Part shown: positions 22,516 to 35,127 of the stretch, one piece after another
How positions within the stretch are numbered: position 1 is the first letter of the stretch
Layout: each line of letters opens with the position of its first letter
Assembly (NCBI RefSeq): GCF_006345805.1
Contig: NC_043001.1
Span: 10,540,001-10,604,000, forward strand
Source of the DNA: Octopus sinensis
Lineage: Eukaryota
Length of the DNA: 64,000 nucleotides
Direction of reading: 5' to 3'
Translations under genes and position numbers: made by a program
Notes under the pieces: generated by a model
Seen by the model: only the letters and a program-made list of their open reading frames with translations
Told to the model about the DNA's origin: nothing
Databases searched by the model: none

Positions 22516-23762
22516 GTAAGCCCTTGCTATGCTTCTGTTTTTGTTGTGGTGGTTCTTGTTTTTGTTGTTGTTGCTGCAGCTACAGAGTTTAATCTGGATT
22601 TTCCCCCCATTTTCTCATTTGAAAGAAAAAAAAAGGAAAGAGAAAAGCTGCTCCTAAAATGTTTGAACCCCCTGTTGTTGTTATTATTGATGGCTGAAAC
22701 ATTAAGACATTGTATTTATTGAGGTCGACCCTAGATTTCTGCCAATGCTTAATCCTTTAGTTCAGAAATGTGTGTGTCTGGCAGGTGGTGGTTTGACCGA
22801 AACTAAAACAATTCCAGTGAAGAAGATGTTTCAGTCATTTATATTTTTGTGTCAGAGTTTTTGAAAACTGTTGCAGTGGGACTGCATCTGACCATGCTGC
22901 AGATGATGCAACAAAAATTTTGACGCCATATAATAAACGATTAAGTGCAATTAACAGTTTTTGCCTGTTTGGATGGCTAATCTATATCTTCTTAATTTTA
23001 AGAGCTTAACCTATTATTTATTCTAGTACTTACTAGTAACTGGATTGATGTCCAAAAATATTTTTAATTAAGTTATTTTTTTTAAGTGACCCGTATCACA
23101 AGTCAGTTTAATGAAATGATTAGTTCAGTGGTTCCCCACACCTCATAAGAAAAAGGCGGGGTCAGAATTCATGAAGAAATCACTCTTATTTAGCTGCAGC
23201 AATGACAATCAGTTCTCCTAAGATTCCCCGATGCTTATTTTGTGTCTACCTGTATCTGTGTGTAAATACGTGTTTCTCCAACCTTTTTTTTTTACCCATC
23301 CTATTTATTACATTCTGGCTGCAATTAAGATATTTCAGGCGTTACTTAATGTAGATTTAAAATTGTTTTGCTTTTTTTTAAATTCAATTAAAATTTGATA
23401 TAAGCCATTTTAAATCTCTTCCTATCTGCAGCCAGTTGTATAAACTATAAATGGTTAGGTTCATTCTCCTCCTATTATTGTTTTGCTTAATTAATACTTG
23501 GGTGCTGTTGTTTGTTTTTAATTTAATTTGCTATTGGAAGTAGCTTTTTTTTTTCTTTTTGTTCCCCAACATTTTATTTAATATGGTTTTCTTTGTTTGT
23601 TCTTATTGTCTCTGCTTACCTTTTAGTAATTCTCTCATCTTTGCAGATTTGTGATTCTGTAATCTGTTGTCATTTTTTTTTTTTTTGTTTAATCCCAACT
23701 TCCCATACCCCCACCCCCGTCACTTTATGTTCTTAAACTGTTGTTAAATAATTGTTTTCTTT

Positions 23763-23799
<37 letters not shown>

Positions 23800-24375
23800 A
23801 CTTTAAATAATGCCAAACTATTGTTTATATTAGCTTGCTTCCAGCTTTCCCATTGTTCCCTTGTTAACAAATTCTTGTCAGCTGATCACAATTAATTTAC
23901 ATGTACATTTATGCTTCTTTATTCTTCAATTCATTATGTCGTTTTCTCATTAATGACAGTGAGAGATATTATCATATGGTAAAAGTGACTATATATATTT
24001 TTACGGCAGTTTCCATTAACAAGTGAAGCTATGGAAAAAATATATGATCTTACACATACAATCACACATATGTGTTATAAATACATTATATATATATATG
24101 TAATTTTCATTGAAGCCATGTGTCATTTCACGTTTCTGCATGTGACAACTTCTTTAGATTCAAATTCAATATATAAGATAAAAATCAAGCATGATAACAA
24201 AAACTACATATATATCCCATTAGCTGAACAAGGCCCCAGATTGTTAATACTTAGCAAACAGTGCCATTCAGCAAAAATAAATAAATAAATAAATAAAACC
24301 CTGACGACAAAGGAAAAATTTCCAGATTACAATAAAAGTAATCAATAAAATAATTTTAAGATAATATAAAAATAA

Positions 24376-24535
24376 GCGTAGGAGTGGCTGTGTGGTATGT
24401 AGCTTGCTTATGAACCACATGGTTCCGGGTTCAGTCCCACTGTGTGACACCTTGGGCGAGTGTCTTCTACCATTGCCTCAGGCCGACCGAAGCCTTGTAA
24501 GTGGATTTTGTAGAAAGAAACTGAAGGAAGCCCAT

Positions 24536-24592
<57 letters not shown>

Positions 24593-24613
24593 GTATATAT
24601 ATATATATGTATA

Positions 24614-24677
<64 letters not shown>

Positions 24678-25018
24678 TATATAAAGTTAATCCAAACAAG
24701 AAAACACAGAAAAAAAGGGAAAAAAAAAGAAGAAAAAACACAGCAACGCAGGACGTGGAACAATTAAAGTATTATTGACGCTCAGGAAAGAAGGGAATGT
24801 ATATCTGTATGTGTTTGTGCTCCCCAACATTGCTTGACAACCGATGCTGTTGTGTTTATGTCTCCGTAAATTAGAGGTTCGGCAAAAGAGCAAAAGAGAC
24901 CGATAGAATAAGTACTAGACTTACAAAGAATAAGTCCTGGGATTGATTTGCTCGACTAAAGGCACTGCTCCAGCATGGCCACAGTCAAATGTCTGAAACG
25001 AGTAAAAGAGTAAAGAGT
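24376..25018 (+). mobile_element. Family B SINE with expanded (TA)n array (24538-24682) and an unrelated A-rich insert (about 24683-24795)
   Basis: Head at 24376; tail gagtaaaagagtaaagag. Confidence 0.85.
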
Positions 25019-25560
25019 ATATGAAATAGCAATAAATTAAAATGAAGTGGGAGGTTGTTGGATAACACAGTGTATTCCAAGTCAACATTGCCAAGTACAG
25101 ACTGTGTAACAAATACATATAAAGAAAACTTACCCAAATCCATACATTTAAAGCTCGAGAATTGATTTGAATGCCTCAATCACCCAAGCCATATTTAACC
25201 CTTAAGGATCATGAAAATGGCTTCATAAGAAACTCCAAATGAAAAGTAAACTGGGTAGGGTTTGCAAAAAACAAAAGTATAATAATTATGCTGCTTTACA
25301 ATCTTAAAATGATGAGATTGGAGTTGTGGCACTTATCAAGTAGTTTTAAAGACAAAAATCAACTGGAAATTCACTCAGTTCAATATTGTAGAATTCTAGA
25401 AGTATTCTTCTGCAAGTGCTAGATTTTGGTAAAATGTGTACCACTAGTACTTACATTAATACCATAATGAACACCAGGAAAATGCTATGTTGCAATAATT
25501 CCATCTAGGTTAAAAAAAAAAAGAACCCACATGGAATCAATTTTTTCAAAGTATTTATGG

Positions 25561-25761
25561 CAGTGCTTTTCAAACTTTTTGCTGGAGTGGAACCCCAAAG
25601 AAACATTCCACTGACTCGAGGAACCCCTGTGCAATAATTTAATAGTCTTATGCACACATATCTGCACAGGAGAATTAAAAATTACTGTCGATTTTAGCAG
25701 TTTTGTAACTTCTTGCAGAACCACTGGACTGTACTGGCGGAACCCTGGTTGAAAACCACTG
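25561..25761. mobile_element. hAT-type MITE (201 bp)
   Basis: TIRs CAGTGCTTTTCAA / TTGAAAACCACTG; perfect 8-bp TSD ATTTATGG at 25553 and 25762. Confidence 0.9.
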
Positions 25762-26024
25762 ATTTATGGGAAGCAGTGATGGTTCGAAAATGTTGACTTA
25801 CATTAAAAAGAGTAAACGACATAAAAAACTGGGTTTGAATGTGACAGCAAACTTGCCATAAATGAATGTGATGGAAATAAATTTCGGAAAAACATTACAT
25901 TCTGACAGTTTGGTCAAAAAGTTACAGCAAACATTAACCTGAAAACTGTAAGTTTCCTAAATATGACAATGAATTTAATCACAATATATATATGGCTTTT
26001 ATAATAAAACTGACTGATGAAGAT

Positions 26025-26416
26025 ACTCTTTTACTTGTTTCAGTCATTTGACTGCGGCCATGCTGGAGCACCGCCTTTAGTCGAGCAAATCGACCCCAGG
26101 ACTTATTCTTTTGTAAGCCTAGTACTTATTCTATTGGTCTCTTATGCCAAACTGCTAAGTGACGGGGACGTAAACACACCACCATCGGTCGTCAAGCGAT
26201 GTTGGGGGGGACAAACACAGACACACAAACTTATACATACATATACATATATACGACAGGCTTCTTTCAGTTTCCATCTACCAAATCCACTCACAAGGCT
26301 TTGGTCAGCCTGAGGCTATAGTAGAATACACTTGCCCAAGGTGCCCCGCAGTGGGACTGAACCCAGAACCATGTGGTTCGTAAGCAAGCTACTTACCACA
26401 CAGCCACTCCTACACC
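26025..26416 (-). mobile_element. Family B SINE
   Basis: Full-length similarity to the other B copies. Confidence 0.85.
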
Positions 26417-26899
26417 TACATGCATATTCTAAATGCCCTCCTACAGTTGTTACATAAAGCAAACACAATATCAGTGAACATATTTTCTACCCACCAATGA
26501 TATATTCAATAACTCTACTCTATTTCATAATCGAATATTAAGGAGTCATTTAAATGACAAGATAGAATAAATAAAACCACCCCAATAAATTAAAGACTCT
26601 GCAAAATAATACGGTTTAATTTGCCAAATATGTTTATAAATATAACATAATGCTTCTTCCCTTTAAGTTCTCACTTCCATATTATTGAACACCATGAAAT
26701 TTATTACAGAAATTCTGTTAAAGCAATCTGTAATTAATTGTTTTGGCAAATTAAAGTCCAAGTTTCAACAAATTGAAAATATCCAGAAACACTCTGAGTT
26801 TCATCGTAGCTGATATAACTTCAAAAATTGTAGCCAATTATCAGTCGTTCATGTTTGGAAGAAACTGATGTGAAAGATACTAATGGTATGGAAATAACA

Positions 26900-27133
26900 A
26901 AAGGCGGTGAGCTGTCAGATTGGTCAGCACACCGGGCAAAATGCTTAGTGGTACTTCGTCTGCCGCTACATTCTGTGTTCAAATTCCACCGAGGTTGACT
27001 TTGCCTTTCATCCTTTTTGGGTTGATAAATTAAGTACCAGTTATGCACTGGGGTCGATATAATCGACTTAATCCATTTGTCTGTCCTTGTTTGTCCTCTC
27101 TGTGTTTAGCCCACTGTGAGTAGTAAAGAAATA
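26900..27133 (+). mobile_element. Family A SINE
   Basis: Perfect 15-bp TSD GGTATGGAAATAACA at 26885 and 27134. Confidence 0.85.
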
Positions 27134-28599
27134 GGTATGGAAATAACATTGGACTCACTGATATTCCATTCAGTGCTCAAAAAAAAAGCCCCAAAACAAA
27201 ACCCACCACACACCCATTCTTTTAGACACATGCTGATTTCATAGTTGAAGTAGATGTAGCATTTGAACAACAGGTGATTAGGGAACCCTGTAACCAAGAG
27301 AAGCATAACCACAAAGATGAGGGCATAGAGAGTTCCATTAGTTATTTATTGTAGCTGGTGTGTAAATGAAAGGGTTAAGATACTGACCCTAACAACCAAT
27401 ATCCTGAACAGAAGTGGGGGGCATTCTGTTCTTGTTTGCATACAAGGAAATTCAATTCCCTATCATTTCTTGTTGTGGACCCTGATTAAATATCTACCCT
27501 TGCACAACCTCGTTAGTAATGACACATGGCTTCAACAGGTAAAAATGATAATACTCTACGTTCGTTCATTTAACTGATAAAAGCATATTGTGTTTTGAAT
27601 GCACAAAAATTGTTCTGATTTTATATTAATGAAAAATTTTAAATTATTATTTCTGTATAATTTTGTTGAAACCAAATTAGTTATCAGTTGTTAATTGATT
27701 AAATAAAAATTTAAATTTTCATATTTTCATAAATGTTTTTAATCAACATAGTTTGGCATTAATTGTTTGGATAATTAAAGTGAAATAAATAAATATATAT
27801 TAGGACTAAGATGTATCCATTTTCTATATCATCAATTACATCTTCCATACTAACTGGTTATATAATTTAGCAAAACTGCTAATAAAATATATTTTTATAT
27901 AATGACCAAATTCTATATCAGCAAATTTCTCATAAAACTGGTAAAAAAAAATATTGGATTCTAAATATTTATTTGATAAATTATGATGAAGATTTCATTA
28001 TAATGTGTAAATTTTATTTTCATGCACTTCCTTTTTATATTTTTTACAAATAATGGTTTAATTCTGCTATATCAAGTTATCTTCAGCTCTTTTACTCTGC
28101 TTTACATACACACACAGTCGACTGCCAGTGGTAGATTGCTGTTACTTCAGTTTGAAATAATCAAATTTGTCTTAATTTGGGCCTAATTTGATATCCAAGT
28201 GATGAAAGTTTGAAAAATAGTAAAAATGACAGAAAAATTCATTCATGAATGGTGATTAAGAAAACCGAAGTTTGAGGAACCTAGCAGTGACCCTCATTTT
28301 AAAATTCATTTAATAAGGTGCTTCATCTAAGTGGAATACTTATAGTAACACTTAAGATATGGATCTTATAACTTATATTCTTAGTGCTAACATAAACAGT
28401 TTTTTGAAAAATTTCCTTTGATAAAAAAATCTTGGCCTTATTGTCCCTCTGTAGCATGTAAACTAATTTACACACTTATGACTCCTAAACTTGATAATGT
28501 TTAGAAAAATTTCCTCTTTATAACTTGCAATATATCAAGTATTGATTTCCAACATAGGTGCAAAGCTAAAAAGTTAGAAGTGGATGGTATAATCTATCA

Positions 28600-28831
28600 A
28601 GGCAGCGAGTTGGCAGAATCGTTTGCACGCCGGGCGAAATGCGTAGCCGTATTTCGTCTGCTGTTACATTGTGAGTTCAAATTCCGCTGAGGTCAACTTT
28701 GCCTTTCGTCCTTTCGGGGTCGATTAAATAAGTACCAGTTATGCACTGGGGTCGATGTAATCGACTTAATCCGTTTGTCTGTCCTTGATTGTCTTCTCTG
28801 TGTTTAGCCCCTTGTGGGTAGTAAAGAAATA
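28600..28831 (+). mobile_element. Family A SINE
   Basis: Perfect 14-bp TSD GGTATAATCTATCA at 28586 and 28832. Confidence 0.85.
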
Positions 28832-29605
28832 GGTATAATCTATCATATTGTTACAAGTACTCACTTGTATTTATTTTATCGACTTCACCAAGATGAAAGG
28901 CAAAGTTTCTGTTTTTGTAGGATTTCAATTTAGAAATAGATGTAACTAAATACGGCAAGACATTTTATTCAACACTAATTATTCCTGCCAGTCCACTTCC
29001 TGTTTAATGTCAAATATTAATCATTAAAAGTTCTGTGTGTCACTGAAAGTTTCTTTAGGTGTGTAAAATTCTGAAGATAACTGGAAATAGTGCTGTTAAG
29101 CAATTTGAGAAACCAACAAAATTCTGGGTTAAAAACTATATTTCCCACTCTTGTATTAAGTGAAAATTTATGATGAAATAAGCATCAAATATATTTTTAA
29201 AAAAAGCATGACATTTTGTTTTCTTTAGGTGGTATAAATTAATTACTTTTGATAATATAACTTAGCATGATATTTTATCTACTGGTAATCTACTAATAAT
29301 AATCCACTTACATTTTTAACACTAATTATTTCATTAAACTGTTCCAAATGTTTTGGTATCTAATCACATCTTTTACAGCAATCATGTGTGTTTAATTAAT
29401 ATCAGTCCTGTTAATTATAACTGCCGTGTTACTGATGTTCTTCTTCCTCCTCCACCTCCTTCTCCTTCTTTTCTTTCTCTGCTGCTACCTGTTGGTGTGT
29501 GTCAACTTCATTGACAGTCACCTACCAGTGGAACACACAAACGCAATCATCTGTTTGACATCTTCACTTAATAATCACTGGAAATATACAGTAGGTGATG
29601 CTTCT

Positions 29606-29657
<52 letters not shown>

Positions 29658-30277
29658 ATCTTTGATAACATCTATAAGGACTCTTGTTCTTTGTGTCTTG
29701 GACTTACCTGTGTTGCTATAAACTGTTACATACTGCACATAGACTCATTCAATTATCTTAAATAGCAATGAGGTGCTCACATATAGGTATATATTACATT
29801 AGCTGATTTCATTACTAAAGACTGGGTGTTTTCACAGATAACTACTATTGACATAAACTTACCTGTAACATCTCAAGTTAATTTGCAAGATCTCGGTTTA
29901 TTCAGCACCTAAATTAGATAACTCTTATAATCAAAGAGCAATAGTATCTATACTACAGAGGTAGTATAAACAAATTACTTATGACTCATGAATTCAAAAC
30001 CTATTGATAATGTTTTCTTGTATCTGTGTGTGAAACATTTAACACTGATTGCTCCAGTTTACAATCTATCTGGAGAATAGGTAAAACTTCTTCCTCAAAT
30101 TGTCTGCAAATAGATTTACATCATATCCAAGAGGAATTTATAAATGGTTTATCACAACAGAAAGTGAAGTTAAACAGCAGCATTGCAATCCATATAATTT
30201 AAGAAAAAGATTCATTAACTAGTTTATATATTCCAGCCTTTTAGCATTCAGATTACTCTATCAAATGTAAAGCCTTG

Positions 30278-30539
30278 ACTGGCTTCCGTGCTGGTGGCAT
30301 GTAAAAAGCACCATCCGACCGTGGTCAATGCCAGCCCCCTCTGGCCCCTGTGCCAGTGACACGTAAAAAAGCATCCACTACACTCTTGGAGTGGTTGGCG
30401 TTAGGAAGGGCATCCAGCTGTAGAAACACTGCCAGATCAGACTGGAGCTTGGGTCAGCCTCCTGGCTTCCCTGACCCCAGTTGAACCGTCCAACCCATAC
30501 CAGCATGGAAAACGGACGTTAAAGGATGATGATAATGAT
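30278..30539 (+). mobile_element. Family C RTE 3' end nested in a piggyBac-type MITE remnant (about 30238-30600)
   Basis: The MITE halves ttagcattcagattactctatcaaatg and aattaatcatgcattattc flank the C copy. Confidence 0.7.
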
Positions 30540-30634
30540 TGTTTAGAATTAATCATGCATTATTCTTAGAGCTTAATGATTTTGATATGTGTTGTAGTGG
30601 AAATGGTATGCCCTTCCAAAGGGACAATTGCCTA

Positions 30635-30959
30635 CCCGCGGTTTATGTAATTATATGATGTAGAACTGCCCTACATCTAACACGGACTTTTTAGCGGCTG
30701 ACATATGTTTACGTTCGCTATCATGTACTTTATCTCTTTAGGTGCACGTGCTCGCCGTCCCGTGCATTATCTTAGCTATTTTAGGTTACGTTCAAGTCAT
30801 GGGACTAGCAGTAGACCAATGACATGCGGATACTTTACATGCATGATACCGTGTTTTGGGTTGTACCACACGCAAGCTATTTTCTGAACTTGAGCAAAAT
30901 AACTCGTGCATATCATATTATGATAAACAGCATCACATAAGTTCGCTTTCATAAACGGG
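30635..30959. mobile_element. Possible TA-flanked MITE, CpG-rich
   Basis: TA-CCCG(CGG)TTTATG ... CATAAACGGG-TA; many retained CpGs relative to the flanks. Confidence 0.45.
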
Positions 30960-32620
30960 TAGACTTAAATGTACGACACTATGTAATTGTAACAGTGAAC
31001 ATAAATAAACGCAAGCTCGTTGGCACTTGTGTGGCCTCATTAGATAAAAAAAACCGGAGCAGTGTCTCACATGCTTCGGGTAATACCAGCGTCAAGGGGT
31101 TAAAAATGAACACATCATCATCATCATTGTTCGACCGTGGTCGAGACTTTCATAGTCTTTTCAAATGGCTAATAATGTGTGCGCACGCCACTACTACACA
31201 CATTGGAAAGCATTGTACAACCAAGTACTAAAGAAGATCTTTCCTCCTCCATGAACACAGTATTTCATGAGTGATAGGGTTTGCCATGTAATGGCAACAG
31301 AATCACAATAACAAAGTGGCTGGTGTCTGGTTTGAACCCAGTAATACATAATAGATATATACATTGGCACATATATACATATCAGCTTAAGTGAGATTAA
31401 TTTAATTCTTTCTAAACAATCTTATATCTTTTCAACTTTACTCTTCGTATCTCTCTCTCTCTATCTTTCTGTTTTTCAATGCTTTATTTCATTCATTTTC
31501 ATATGTGGGCTGTTATATATATATGTGTCTATACACACACACACACAGAGACTTATTTTCAGTTCAATAATCTATCAGCTAACTTTCTGTCAAACTTCAT
31601 CTACAATTCATGTACCACAAAAGAAAGGAAAAGAAAAACAAATAAAAAGTATTCAAACCTTTAAGAAGTTAAAAATTAACACTGATGAATAATATCTCTA
31701 ATTGTTGATGATCTTAAACTGCTTTAACTTGCAAATGATTTGAAGAAGCACATGTAGAGATGGGGAGGAGAGTATTATGATGATGATGTGGCTGAGAACA
31801 TCATTTGTTGGCTAGGATAGGGATCTGGTGAGGTTTGTAAATTACTTTGGTGCAATTAACTTTTTTTGTCACGAGTCCAACATTCTGCTAAGCTAGAGAA
31901 TGATAAACAGCAGTGCAGGCTGATATTCTGTATTAGCATCTCAGGATTACTAAATGAAAAATCACCTGTTTAATTAGAGAAGAAGGTAGATGCAACATTG
32001 TAGTATTGGATATTCTATGATGGTCTTACTATGTTAATTACTAACAGTAAAATTATAAGATCATGAGGACCCCCCCCCCCACATACACACATAACGTGTG
32101 TTGAAAACAACTTTGCTTTCTGACATATTTTGAAGTGTGAAATACGTCTATAGTTGGAGTATTGTCTCCTTGAATTACTACAAACTCGAGCGGTGTATTT
32201 TTCTAATTAGAATATTTCAAATGGCTATGAACCAACAAATCAACTTTGGACTAATGAATAAGAAACGGAAAAGAAAAATAAACAACTTCACCGGAATTCT
32301 AAACAAGATGAAAATTTGCATGACTAACATCAAAAGTTTTCTGACATCTTTACCAATGTTTGGTTTTTACCTATTCAGCGTTAATGCTATGCCACTGCAA
32401 TTGAGAATGACATTAGCTGCCTAACATAATGATCTTGAAACTTCACAAGTTTATTTAGGCCTGCTACAATTCCGATACTTAGTGGTAGAAAATAGAAATA
32501 CACTTCACGTAATTATTACGTTGTAAGATAATTCCATTCCTTTTATTTTCTCCCCCTTCAATATATTTCAGTCCTTATTTTTCATCAAAATCTCAACTAT
32601 TTCAATATATTGTCCATCAT

Positions 32621-32708
32621 TACAGTTCTGTATTTAAGAGAAGAGGAATTATTTACATTTGACGGATATTTGTCCTCATCTTGTTTGTTGCCCATGGGCA
32701 TATGGCAG
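32621..32708. mobile_element. Family D locus 4 remnant (minus tail plus plus-strand head, cut by a family B SINE)
   Basis: tacagttctgtatttaagag...ttgtttgttg joined to cccatgggcatatggca. Confidence 0.7.
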
Positions 32709-33019
32709 ATCGACCCCCAAGACTTATTCTTCGTAAACCTAGTATTTATTCTATCAGTCTCTTTTGCCGAACTGCTAAGTTACGGGGACATAAACATGCC
32801 AACATCAGTTGTCAAGCGATGGTGGGGGGACAAACACAAACATAGACACACACACACATATAATATATATATATATATATAATGCACACACGACAGGCTT
32901 CTTTCAGTTTCCATCTACCAGATCCACCCACAAGGTTTTGGTTGGCTTGAGGCTATAGTAGAAGACACTTGCCCAAGGTGCCATGCAGTGGGACTGAATC
33001 CAGAACCATGTGGTTGGTG
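32709..33019 (-). mobile_element. Family B SINE (both ends clipped)
   Basis: Similarity to the other B copies. Confidence 0.8.
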
Positions 33020-33685
33020 GAAATTATTATTTTTCCCTTTCATAGCCTCTCTAACCAAATTTAGTTAAGCGCTTCTCAACTTTCTGACCAGAGTTATTTT
33101 GTCACATTGTGTGACTAATGCAACTATTTATATTAGACTGAATCTTCCTCTTCTTACTGTAGTTGTTCAGAGTCCAACTTTTATTGATTTTAATATTCTA
33201 ACACTGTCTCCTCTTCCATATAAGAAAACACCATTCTGCAACAAACCTATCTTTTGTTGCTTTTCGTTTTCCCCGACATTACTTTCAACTATATCCATTT
33301 CATATTTTTAGATAAATGAAATATCAATCTTAGTATTGTTACACATAAAACCTATTGAAATAAAAAGGGTTAACACCATATTGTAGCTGTTTGATACTTT
33401 TACAAAATGACAAAAAGGAAAACCATTTTGTTTTATCACACCTTCCTTGCTATATAAATATATACACATATGTAGCTGCATAATTTACTTTGTACTTACT
33501 AGCTGCAAGTATTACTTCAAGTAAATTTCCTTTATTTCACTTATGTTTTTGTTTTTTGTTTTTTGTGTGTGTGTTTTTCACGGTAGATTGTGAACAATTT
33601 CTCTTTTCTTTTTAGGAGACAATATTCTTGTAGACTAACAATTGTTGCATTCTTTTTTTTACTTCGAGCTTATCTTAAAGGAATT

Positions 33686-34062
33686 TGCATGTAGCTTTGT
33701 AAGCACATCTATTACATTTTTCATCTTTATTTATTCCGTTTGTTAATTATTTAAAAAAAAAAAAACTTTACTAAAAAAAAAATATTCTTGCCTTTCATTG
33801 CTTTAACTTCACCTCTGCATGGCAATTTTCTTACCAATTTCAGCCATTAACTCCATTTTCATACCATGTAGACGCTTATGAATACTATCAACATTTGCAG
33901 CTATTTTTCTCAATGGAGGTGGGGTGTGTTCACCAATTGTACTCTTGCATGCCAACTGACTGTAACCGAATTAATCTCCTCCGCTCATTTCTATTCTTAA
34001 TATATTTTATCATGACATTTATTTTGTTAAATTTTTAACACATTTATTCTACTAACTTGCAG
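33686..34062 (+). promoter_or_regulatory. Cluster of splicing-regulatory motifs: three TGCATG (Rbfox-type) and a TACTAAC
   Basis: TGCATG at 33686, 33816, 33946; TACTAAC at 34050 followed by ttgcag; about 1 kb upstream of the terminal exon. Confidence 0.35.
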
Positions 34063-34987
34063 ATATGCTATCATGACATTTATATTACACTTACTCTGTA
34101 ATATATTTGTCATGAATTTTAAAAATTTTTGCGAAAAAAAAAAAAATTCTTTTTCTCTCACTCATTTTTATTTTCTTCTCTTTTCTTGCTCACCATAATG
34201 TTTCTTTAGATTATCATCATCATTATTATTATTGTTGTTGTTGTTATTACTGTTATGATTTATTATTATCCTTTAGTGTTAAATTCATAACGAAACTTGG
34301 AAAACTTATAAAAGCTAATTTTATAAAAAAAAAAAAAATATTTTATAAAAGTTGAAAGGAAGAATAACTTTCAAGGAACAAAGTCAAACCATTAATTTCA
34401 ATGACAATGAATGTCCTACTTGAAACAGCTCCCACGTCCCTCCACAACCACACACATGTAAATAGTACGAGCTTTCTCCATCTGTTCCTTGATATCTTCT
34501 GAATGAAACTCAGATTAAAGTTTAAAAGTAAAGCATATTTTTCAATTTACCATATCTAAATCTGTACAACAGTGTACATGTGTGTAGAAATATATTTATA
34601 CATATATATATACATACACATATATTTTTGATACATCAAATTGTTTATAAACGTGTTATGCAGTCAGTTGATATTTTACAATACCAAAAGAGATTCAGTT
34701 CTTTGTTTGTTTTTTTGGTAAAATTTATTTCCAACTGCACAACCTTCCTGCCAAAGGTAAAAAGAAAATTCTTTTACTTAGATCAAATCAATAAATATCT
34801 TAACTTTCAAAATGTACAAAGGAACTAGTGTTTGCTTAATACCAAAGTAGCTTTTCAAATTTTACCTCTTTAGAGTTGTTAAGTATCTAATTATCATTAG
34901 AAAACTTAAAGTTTGTTTTTATAATTAAACTTCTTTATCCTAAATTTTGTTGCTTACAATAAAATGTATTTAAACTTCTGATTTTAG

Positions 34988-35127
34988 GTCCAAGTGTACC
35001 ACTTTCTCCCAGCATCGTCCCTAACCCCTGCTATGAAAGCCCTTCTCAGTATCGCAGCACCAATGCGAGGGGGAGCCTTCAATCACCAATACAACCAAGC
35101 CTCGAAATGAAAGGTCACCTGGTGTAA
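34988..35127 (+). CDS. NPHS1: Terminal coding exon of nephrin-like gene: GPSVPLSPSIVPNPCYESPSQYRSTNARGSLQSPIQPSLEMKGHLV*
   Basis: attttag acceptor in phase 1, TAA at 35125-35127. The C-terminus EMKGHLV matches the human nephrin C-terminus ELRGHLV (recalled, not searched). Too short for the ORF track. Confidence 0.85.

Noticed and set aside
24392-24778. Poly-(IY)/(CV)/(HT) ORFs here and at 44848-45312, 61126-61938, 62267-62897
   Set aside because: Translations of dinucleotide microsatellites, which lack stop codons.
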